Assembly: GCA_023474835.1 (NCBI GenBank)
Contig: JAMCXQ010000005.1
Span: forward strand, 1 to 56,672
From: Patescibacteria group bacterium
GTDB lineage: Bacteria; Patescibacteriota; Minisyncoccia; Minisyncoccales; CG1-02-41-26
Reading direction: 5' to 3'
Length of the DNA stretch: 56,672 nucleotides
The position numbers and the translations under genes are program-made. Positions 24,298-32,700 of the stretch are shown piece after piece (positions within the stretch are counted from its first letter, which is position 1; the number at the start of each line of letters is the position of its first letter). The notes under the pieces are model-generated. The model was not told the origin of the DNA, ran no database searches, and saw only the letters and a list, made by a program, of their open reading frames with translations.

Positions 24298-24699
24298 ATG
24301 GAGAAAGAAAATTATAAAAAAGAGTTTGATAAATGGAATATCCAAAAAAAGATTACTCACAATAGTGAAAATAAAAAAACTTTTCACGAACAAGAAATTT
24401 GGTTTATTAAAATTGGCGAGAATATTGGTTTTGAACAAGACGGAAAGGGCGAGGATTTTTTAAGGCCAGTTATTGTTTACAAAAAATTTTCAAAAAATGT
24501 TTTTTTGGGCATACCTTTAACAAAAGCAATAAAAGAAAATAAGTTTTATAAGGTATTTGATTTTCATGGAGAAAAAAGCAATGCAATTCTGTCGCAAATA
24601 AGACTTTTTGATTCAAAGAGATTAAAATATAAAATTGGAAAAATGAGTTCTGTTGATTTTGCTTCTGTAAAAGAAAAACTCATCCAGTTGATTAGATGA
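24298..24699 (+). CDS. MazF/PemK-like toxin, no adjacent antitoxin gene seen
   Basis: EIWFIKIGENIGFEQDGKGEDFLRPVIVYKKF..FLGIPLTKAIKE..AILSQIRLFDSKRL fits the PemK/MazF family pattern. Confidence 0.65.
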   Translation: MEKENYKKEFDKWNIQKKITHNSENKKTFHEQEIWFIKIGENIGFEQDGKGEDFLRPVIVYKKFSKNVFLGIPLTKAIKENKFYKVFDFHGEKSNAILSQIRLFDSKRLKYKIGKMSSVDFASVKEKLIQLIR

Positions 24700-24786
24700 G
24701 TTTTCCCTGTTTTTACTCCCCATAAGGGGAGAGAGTCCTAATGGACATTTATATTGTAATATTACCATATTTTAAAGTTAAAAGTC

Positions 24787-24907
24787 AATAGTAGGACTTA
24801 CGCGTTTGGGCATTTTTTCTCAAAAATCGCGTGAAATATGGCCTTATTTCGTGGCCTCATTGCACAAAAAATGGCTAAAACTGGCCAAACGCGTAAGTCC
24901 TAAATAG
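24787..24907. mobile_element. MITE-like element: 18-bp perfect terminal inverted repeats with 5-bp AATAG flanking duplication
   Basis: TAGGACTTACGCGTTTGG (24792-24809) and CCAAACGCGTAAGTCCTA (24885-24902) enclose a 75-nt non-coding core. AATAG occurs at 24787-24791 and again at 24903-24907. Confidence 0.55.
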
Positions 24908-24929
24908 TTTAAAAAAGTGAAAAAACAAT

Positions 24930-26099
24930 ATGAAAACGATTTTAAAAACCAATATTACCGTTAGAGAAATTTGCGACGGGTTTGTTTATAACGAGCTTGA
25001 GGGCAAAGGCTTGTTTGGCTTGTCTGGCAAATTGACTATTCAGCCGGAATATCAACGCAACTATATCTATGCTTCCGATGGGGGCAAAAAAGAAATTGCT
25101 GTTATTGGCTCAATTCTTAAGGGCTATCCAATTGGCTTAATTTATTTTAATAAGGTTTCTGAAAATAACCTGGAAGTTTTAGACGGGCAACAACGGATTA
25201 CCAGCTTAGGGCGGTTTATAACCGATAAATTTGCCATTAAAGATGCAAACAATATGGAGCAATATTTTAATGGTATGGCGAAAGACAAACAAGCCAAAAT
25301 TTTGGAAACCAAACTTTTGATTTACGAATGCGAAGGCACGGAAAGCGAGATAAAAGAATGGTTTAAAACGATTAATATTGCCGGCGTGCCGCTTAATAAT
25401 CAGGAATTGCTTAATGCTGTTTATTCTGGGCCGTTTGTAACGCTCGGCAAAGAAGAGTTTAGCAACAGCCAAAACGCCAATATCCAGAAATGGAGCGCCT
25501 ATATATCGGGCAGCGCTAACCGGCAGGACTTTTTGGAACGCGCTTTGGATTGGGTAAGCAAAGGAAATATCGGGGACTATATGAGCCACCATCGTTTTGA
25601 TAAAAATATCACTGAGCTCAAAAAATATTTCAACAGCGTGATTGATTGGGTTTCTGCTATATTTATTGATGTGGAAAGCGAGATGCGCGGGCTGGAATGG
25701 GGCAGATTATACGAACAGTATCATAAGAAAGCGTATGACCCCGTCAAAGTCTCAGCCGAAGTGCAAAAGCTTTACGCTGATCCGTATGTAAAAAATCGCA
25801 GGGGGATTTTTGAGTATATTCTCGGCGGTTCCGTTGACACGAAATTGCTTGATGTTAGAGTTTTTGACGAAGCAACCAAGAAAGCTGTTTATACAACGCA
25901 AACTGCTGCGGCCGGAAAGAAAGAAAAGTCAAACTGCCCGCATTGCGCCATTGGGCACGACGCCAACAAGAGCAAAATTTGGAGTTTTGGTGAAATGGAC
26001 GCCGATCACGTAGCGGCCTGGAGCAAGGGAGGCGCAACTACAGCTAAGAATTGTCAGATGCTTTGCAAGACACATAATCGAGCGAAAGGTAATCGATAA
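24930..26099 (+). CDS. DUF262 (ParB/GmrSD-N-like) plus HNH nuclease fusion protein
   Basis: [16 protein letters not shown] (the DGQQR motif of DUF262). C-terminal [31 protein letters not shown] is an HNH motif. Confidence 0.75.
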   Translation: MKTILKTNITVREICDGFVYNELEGKGLFGLSGKLTIQPEYQRNYIYASDGGKKEIAVIGSILKGYPIGLIYFNKVSENNLEVLDGQQRITSLGRFITDKFAIKDANNMEQYFNGMAKDKQAKILETKLLIYECEGTESEIKEWFKTINIAGVPLNNQELLNAVYSGPFVTLGKEEFSNSQNANIQKWSAYISGSANRQDFLERALDWVSKGNIGDYMSHHRFDKNITELKKYFNSVIDWVSAIFIDVESEMRGLEWGRLYEQYHKKAYDPVKVSAEVQKLYADPYVKNRRGIFEYILGGSVDTKLLDVRVFDEATKKAVYTTQTAAAGKKEKSNCPHCAIGHDANKSKIWSFGEMDADHVAAWSKGGATTAKNCQMLCKTHNRAKGNR

Positions 26100-26250
26100 T
26101 TTTATCTATGCAGGGTTACCTAATATGCCCGGATCGATTATTGAGCCCGAGCTTCCAAAAAAGACGAAAAAAGATTAGAATCGATATAATCTCGAGTTAA
26201 TTGTTAGGGGTTCGGGGTATAAATATACCCGCATTGTTGCTGAAGTATAT

Positions 26251-26277
26251 TTCTAGCATTTACCAACTCTCGCAGCA
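26251..26277 (+). repeat. 27-nt direct repeat, left copy (TTCTAGCATTTACCAACTCTCGCAGCA)
   Basis: Matches 27488-27514 at 24 of 27 positions. Each copy is followed by a short hairpin using CAACTC/GAGTTG. Confidence 0.6.
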
Positions 26278-26379
26278 GAGTTTGCAAGAGTTGACAGAGA
26301 ATAGAAGGGAAAACTGACAAAAGTTTACAAGTTATCTTTGTGGGTCAACTAATAATTAATTTTAATAAATTTAATCAAT

Positions 26380-26742
26380 ATGGTATCTCCTCAACTTTGG
26401 TTAGAAATATTATCTCTTACAAAAGCTCTTTTTGATGCTATTAAGTCGGGCGCAGATCTTCTTGCGAGCTATCAGAAGCATAAACAAGAAAAAGAAACAG
26501 TTCAGGAGTCTCAGAGGGTAAGCGAAGTATTTTCTACCTACTCAGAAAATGAAGTAAAAAAGATTCTTTTACGATTAGAACAATGTCGGGATCGATTTAT
26601 TAAACAAGGTGGTGGTACGGATAGAGCGTCCTGTTTATGTAGTATATTGAATGAGGTTAAGATTGGTAATGGAGGTCAGCTTCCTATTATAGATGATTGG
26701 GCTAATATTTATCGTCAACTAGGGTGTGGTACTCATCAGTAA
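26380..26742 (+). CDS. hypothetical protein (120 aa)
   Basis: AT-rich ORF in the island; no motif recognised. Confidence 0.45.
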   Translation: MVSPQLWLEILSLTKALFDAIKSGADLLASYQKHKQEKETVQESQRVSEVFSTYSENEVKKILLRLEQCRDRFIKQGGGTDRASCLCSILNEVKIGNGGQLPIIDDWANIYRQLGCGTHQ

Positions 26743-26810
26743 TATTGATTCTAATCGAGACTAATGTTGCTAGAGGAGTTAAAAATAAACATAAATTTTT
26801 TTATAGAAAC

Positions 26811-27458
26811 ATGCAAAGTTTATTAGATACAAATCTAGAAAGAATTAAATCAGAAATACAACAAAATTCTTGGAATAATAAAGATATAGTTTCTTTAATG
26901 AATTTTTTTAGGCATATTTTAGAGTCAAGCAAATCTCAAGGAAAATATAAATATATTAATCTCTATTCTAATTGGGTATTTCACACGGAGATAACTAAAA
27001 ATTCAGTAGCAATGGATATTCTGGATATTTTGACTGATTCAATGATCAAACATAACGTTAATCCTAAAGATGGAAAGTGGGTTAACGATGCGATTATTGA
27101 AGGACTTTCACTTCATCTATTAAGAGAAGAAATTTTGTCATTCTCAAAAGAATTTAATCTTGGTACAGATGTTAACATTTACGAATTTAATAATTGGAAA
27201 AATTTTGCAGTGTCCTTAATAAAGGAATTATTAAATAAACCCTTGAAAGTCATTCAAAATAAGACGATATATAATAACCTTATCGATAAAGCAAATAAAT
27301 CAGGGTATATCGGCAATGCAGTATTAGCAATATATTTTTGGGTAGATAATAATGGGATTGTCCATTGGAAAATCGATACACCAGAAAGTTTAAGAAAGGG
27401 CGTTTCAGTAATTGGCCCGATGAGTATAATTTCTCAGCAGATGATCGATGGTTGTTAA
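26811..27458 (+). CDS. hypothetical protein (about 216 aa)
   Basis: ATG at 26811. The track's GTG at 26724 would overlap the upstream gene. No motif recognised. Confidence 0.45.
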   Translation: MQSLLDTNLERIKSEIQQNSWNNKDIVSLMNFFRHILESSKSQGKYKYINLYSNWVFHTEITKNSVAMDILDILTDSMIKHNVNPKDGKWVNDAIIEGLSLHLLREEILSFSKEFNLGTDVNIYEFNNWKNFAVSLIKELLNKPLKVIQNKTIYNNLIDKANKSGYIGNAVLAIYFWVDNNGIVHWKIDTPESLRKGVSVIGPMSIISQQMIDGC

Positions 27459-27487
27459 GCGGAAATTGAAGAGTTTGCCATTAAAAT

Positions 27488-27514
27488 TCTTCTAACATTT
27501 ACCAACTCTCGTAA
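27488..27514 (+). repeat. 27-nt direct repeat, right copy (TTCTAACATTTACCAACTCTCGTAACA)
   Basis: See 26251-26277. Confidence 0.6.
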
Positions 27515-27557
27515 CAATCGTGGACTTTTTGAGTTCGGGAATGCAAATATAGCTATA

Positions 27558-29240
27558 ATGAAAATAAATAATACTTTTAAGCTTGTTATCGCTGTCGTCG
27601 TTTCCGAACTTGCCGGCATTATCGGCTCGGTGTTTACGGCGCCATCTATTACCGGCTGGTATACAGAATTGGTTAAACCGGCCCTGAATCCTCCGGCGTG
27701 GGTGTTTGGTCCAGTCTGGACGACGCTGTTTGCTCTGATGGGCATTGCGGCGTTTCTGGTATGGAAGAAAGGGCTAAATCGTAAAGATATTAAAATCGCC
27801 CTTGGCATATTTATCGGTCAGTTGGTTTTGAATACTCTTTGGTCAATTATATTTTTCGGCTTGCACAATCCTGGCTTGGCATTTGTTGAGATTATTTTCC
27901 TTTGGTTTGCCATTCTTGCCACTGTTATCGCTTTCGCCAGAATTTCCCAATGGGCCGTATGGCTTTTGGCGCCCTATATTCTCTGGGTAAGTTTTGCCGG
28001 CTATCTCAATTATTCCATTTGGCAGGTTAATGCCGGCCCTTTGGCAAATACTGAACAAGTTGCGGTCAAAACTGTTGTTGAAAGTTTCGGCCATTCGCTA
28101 AAGAACGTTTCTTTGCTTTCTCCTACGGCCAGTCAGGACATTGAAATAAATTATAAGGACTTTCTCGACCCTGCTTTGCTGGCTCAATGGAAGGCCGACC
28201 CTTCAAAAGCATTGGGCAGACTGACTTCCAGCCCCTGGCCAGAGAGCATTGAGGTTGAAAGCATCAATAAATTCGGTTCTGGCGCTTATGATGTGAGCGG
28301 AAAAATCATAGATATGACCAGCACTGGCATAGCGGGATCGCAGGCAGTCCAAATAGGCGTTGTTAAATTCGGCGGCCGCTGGCTCATAACCGGAGTTTCG
28401 GTAATTTCTCCGGAAGGAAACGAGCTTTGGAAAGAACATAGCAGCAACGGCGTTTCTTTCCAGTATCCGGAAAAATTAACCGCTAAATATGTTTTTAGCC
28501 AGGGATGGCCGCCGACAGTTAAGGTGGAATCGGGCAGTTTTTCTTGCATAGAAACGCCGCAGGAAAAAAGCAGCATGCTTGAAATAACCAGCCAGAGATT
28601 GGTTGATAACAGAATTTACTGCGTTAACGTTAAAAACGAGGGGGCGGCAGGGAGCGTTTATTCTTCTTACGTTTACACTACTTCCATGAGAGGAAAAATG
28701 GTTTCAGTAAGCTTTGTTTTGCGTTATTCAAATTGCGCCAATTACGACGAGGAGCAGAATCAGGCCTGCACGAGCGAGCGGGAGGCCTTTGACCTTGACG
28801 CAACAGTGGACCGTATGGTTCAGACCGTCAGCTGGGATTCAGCTTTCAGTGAAGACACCTTATCCAATCAAATATCCAAGTGTCTGGTATTGAGCTATTC
28901 GGGAGACAAAGAAAAATGCGATGAACTTTTAAAACAGATTACCGATTTTGATTCCTGCGTTATGGCCGGTTTTTCGATATTAAAATCCAATCCAGCTCAA
29001 TGCCAAACAATTGACGGAAGAACCTTTGTCCAGGAAACAAACAGCACTTGGGAGCAGGCGTTATTGACTGTCAATAACTGCGAGGCTGAAAAAGCTTTCC
29101 AGACTCATAGCAGATTAGTAACCCTTACACTGAAAAACGGCAACAAGCTAATTGCCAAAGAACCGCAGATTGATGATATAATTGATATAATCAGAGCCGC
29201 AGAGTCGAAGTGCGGCAAAATTCCAATAGGAACAGAGTAA
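27558..29240 (+). CDS. TspO/MBR family membrane domain fused to a ~400-aa C-terminal extramembrane domain
   Basis: GWYTELVKPALNPPAWVFGPVWTTLFALMGIAAFLVW and LAPYILWVSFAGYLNYSIW are TspO-like across 5 TM helices. The remainder is soluble, Cys-containing and unassigned. Confidence 0.7.
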   Translation: MKINNTFKLVIAVVVSELAGIIGSVFTAPSITGWYTELVKPALNPPAWVFGPVWTTLFALMGIAAFLVWKKGLNRKDIKIALGIFIGQLVLNTLWSIIFFGLHNPGLAFVEIIFLWFAILATVIAFARISQWAVWLLAPYILWVSFAGYLNYSIWQVNAGPLANTEQVAVKTVVESFGHSLKNVSLLSPTASQDIEINYKDFLDPALLAQWKADPSKALGRLTSSPWPESIEVESINKFGSGAYDVSGKIIDMTSTGIAGSQAVQIGVVKFGGRWLITGVSVISPEGNELWKEHSSNGVSFQYPEKLTAKYVFSQGWPPTVKVESGSFSCIETPQEKSSMLEITSQRLVDNRIYCVNVKNEGAAGSVYSSYVYTTSMRGKMVSVSFVLRYSNCANYDEEQNQACTSEREAFDLDATVDRMVQTVSWDSAFSEDTLSNQISKCLVLSYSGDKEKCDELLKQITDFDSCVMAGFSILKSNPAQCQTIDGRTFVQETNSTWEQALLTVNNCEAEKAFQTHSRLVTLTLKNGNKLIAKEPQIDDIIDIIRAAESKCGKIPIGTE

Positions 29241-29245
29241 TAAAT

Positions 29246-29509
29246 ATGAATTTCAAATGTGATTTACAAAAAATTCCCGGAGTTGGCAAAAGTATTTCCC
29301 AAGACTTACAGAATATAGGCATTCAATCCATTGCGGATTTAAAAGGTAAAAATCCAGAGAAACTATATGAAAAATCCAATCAATTTGAAGGGATTACGCA
29401 GGACAGATGTTTGCTGTATATATTTCGTTGCGCGGTTTATTTCGCTGGACACAAAAATCCAAATCCAGAAAAATTGAAGTGGTGGAATTGGAAAGATAGG
29501 CGGAAATGA
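29246..29509 (+). CDS. helix-hairpin-helix protein (Cdd1 'pathogenicity locus' family-like)
   Basis: DLQKIPGVGKSISQDLQNIGIQSIADLKGKNPEKLYE..DRCLLYIFRCAVYF. Start set at the ATG at 29246. Confidence 0.6.
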   Translation: MNFKCDLQKIPGVGKSISQDLQNIGIQSIADLKGKNPEKLYEKSNQFEGITQDRCLLYIFRCAVYFAGHKNPNPEKLKWWNWKDRRK

Positions 29510-29516
29510 TTCAGCG

Positions 29517-29622
29517 GGGAATAAACTTCAAGGTTTTGATGGTTGTTGCGGCCGGAGAAGGCGAGGATATCTGGACGATATCGTTCAATGATATCGCCGG
29601 CAGTTTTAGCTTAAAAAAGTAA
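29517..29622 (+). pseudogene. C-terminal fragment paralogous to the 35332-35955 gene
   Basis: GINFKVLMVVAAGEGEDIWTISFNDIAGSFSLKK* compared with GVNFKILMVVIAGQGEDVWVLSFN..YNIAGSFSLKK* at 35332-35955. There is no N-terminal part. Confidence 0.6.
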
Positions 29623-29735
29623 CTTTGCGCAGGATTTTTGCCTTTCTTGCTTTCTATTTTTTCAGTTTTATTTTTACCTATTTTGACAACGAAAATTTAA
29701 AGAGCTAAAATAATGATAATCATAAAAATAAATAT

Positions 29736-32700
29736 ATGGATACAAAAAGAATTATCGCATATTCGTTAGCAGGAATTTGCGCAATAATCGCCGGGGTTAT
29801 TCTATGGAATAATCGGGCGGTGGTGGTCAAACAAATTGCCCAGCTGCCTTCAAAAATATTTGAAGCGTCCATTGTGCCAGCCACAAGCTCTATCGTATTG
29901 GACGCTTCAAAGGACGGTCCCATTTATGGCGATCCGGTTGGCTTGCAAAGGGTTCGTGATTTGGAAACCGAACTTCACAACATGGTTATCAGGCCGGACC
30001 ACCCAAGGTTGTTCATTACCAAAGAGACATTGCCAACTTACCAGGCGAGGGTTAAAATGCCCCAGCTCGCCGCTTACTGGGCGAACATAAAAAAGGCGGC
30101 TACGAGCACAAACACAAACGTTCCTTTTGTTTATGACAATATGGTGAACGCCGCCTTTGCTTATTTGATGCTGAAAGACGACAATCCGGCCGCCGCAGCC
30201 GTTTACTCCAACATAGTAATCAATAGATTAAAAACATTAAATCCGACTCCCTGGCCGTTAGACAATACCAACCTGAAAAGAAACGAGGTTGCCAATATGG
30301 CGCTTGCTTTTGACTGGGTTTATTCCGCTATGACTCCGGCGGACAGGGCGACGATTGCCAATAAAATAGGGGTGGCCGCAAATATTGCCGTCACCGCCCA
30401 GGGCATACGCAATGGCGAAAGGATTCAGGGCGAATCGTTCCATCGCGAAGAATGGATGGATAAATACACGTTGGCGTATCCAACCTTGGCTTTGGCCGGA
30501 GAATTTCCCGATGCCGACTTTTGCTTTAAGGCCTGGTGGGGATATGATTGGATTGTCGGGGACGCGGTGAGAACGTTTGCTTATCTGGGCGATGGCTCTT
30601 TCCCGAACGACGGCTATTATGAAGGGCCCGACGGCGCTGAATGGCTGTTGCTGCTGAAATCCGCAACAGGAATCAATTTGGTTGACGGCCCGAAGTGGTC
30701 CTGGGCGAAAAAAACGGCTGATCAGTTTTTTTATCACACCGATTTTTGGGACAGAAAACGGGAAATTTTTCACCATGGCGTTTTGGGCGAATGCGCGGTC
30801 GGTTTAATGACTTTGTTTAATTACAGCTCATCTTTTGATCCTTCGAAATTGCAGAAAGAACAAGGCAGAGGAATGGCTTTGAATATGAACAGCAACCCTT
30901 ATTATCGCTGGCACCTCGGCAATCTTTTGGAAAACAAATTTGATTTCGGCGTGGGCTTAAACGCCAATATCAGCCAGATTATGTTTAACGATCCAGCAGT
31001 GTCGCCAAAAGATCCCCAAGGCGCCACTTATGCCGAATTGCCGATGAGTTTGTATATGCCTGACGGCAACGAGGTGTATATGCACAGCGCCTGGCTGCCC
31101 AAGAGCGTGATTGCCGGCTTCAGGGCAAGCCCGGCTTTTACCAAATCAAGCCATGGCGACTACGATACCAATAGTTTTATGATTTATCGGGACGGCAACC
31201 TTTCCGCTGACACGGGATTTTACGATGCATATCTGGGCGGGCAGGCAAACACCAAACATTATCAAAAAATAACATTGTCCCATAACGATATTTTGGTAAT
31301 AGACCCCACAAGACCCCAGGATTTCAGCCAGTGGGCAGGCATGGAAGACCGTGGCGGGGTTGAGCACGTGAGCACGAAGAATTTCAGCGCCAGTCCGGCT
31401 ACCGACGGGTTGCGCACGGTTTTCGCCCTGCAGCCCCAGGCGAATTACAGCGACATTGTCAAATATGAAAGCACTCCCGAATACGATTACGCGGTAGGCG
31501 AAGCAGCGGCAGCTTATGGTTTGGGGTCAAAAGCGCGGTTAAACGAATATTACCGCAACGTTGCCTTTTTAAGAAAGGGCACCAAGGCCTATATGATTGT
31601 TTTTGACAGGATAGAGTCGGTTAACAAAGACGCTGAAAAAAAATGGCTGATGCACTTTGTAAGCGAACCAACCGTGAGCGGAAATAAAATATCCGAACAG
31701 GTTTCAGGCCAGGTTGACGCATATGACGGAGATTACACGGTGGCCCGCAATGTTTATAATACCTCGGCGGTTTATGTAAAGACTCTCTTGCCCGTCCAGC
31801 ATAAAATCCGAAGAGTCGGCGGCACGGGTTTTGAATTTGCCGTGGAAAACGCTAACGGCACTTTTACAAACTGGCCTGTTCCTCAAACCCAGTTAGCGAA
31901 ATATGAAGCCCGCCAAGGCGGCCCCTGGCAGGAAGGCGGCACCTGGCGAATAGAACTGTCTCCGACTACCAGACAAAACCGCGATTATTTTTTGAATGTA
32001 ATGTATGTCGGCGACGCCGGAGAAACTATGGTGCCAGTGCAATACATTGAAGAAAACGGTATGGCTGGCGTGATTATTAATGATCCGGCCTTGCCCAAGA
32101 ACAAAATTTTGTTCACTAAAACCGGCGATCCGAATGCGGTTTTCACCAACTCTTCCGTTTCCGCTGATACGATTCTTCCTGCGCCGATCAGCCAGTTATC
32201 TTATAGCGGCTTGACCTACAATTCGGTTAACCTTTCCTGGACGGCGGTCGGCGATGACGGCAATACGGGAACAGCAACAAGATATGATTTGCGTTATTCG
32301 AAAAGCGCGATTACGTCAAGTAATTTTGATTCGGCCCTAAACGTTAATTCCGCTCCTACCCCAAAGCCGGCCGGCCAGACAGAGATAATGCTTTTAACCG
32401 GTTTGGAGCCGCTGACTACTTATTATGTGGCCGTAAGGGCGATTGATGATTACAACAATAAAGGAGGGATATCCAACGTGGTTTCTTTTGCCACTCCTGC
32501 CGTTCCCAGCGACACGCAACCTCCCGCCAAGCCCCTGGGATTAAAGGCCACCGCTCAATTAAGCACAGCTATTTTGCTTTCCTGGGCTGCTTCAACCGAC
32601 AATACGTCGGTGGCTGGTTATAATGTTTACCGTGACAACGTTAAAATAGCCAGCGTTGGCAACCCTTACTTTACCGACAGCGGGCTTGCCGCTTCAACGG

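Noticed and set aside
27455-27808. 117-aa minus-strand ORF overlapping the TspO gene start
   Set aside because: It is antisense to a strongly supported TspO N-terminus, and its composition looks like a shadow ORF.
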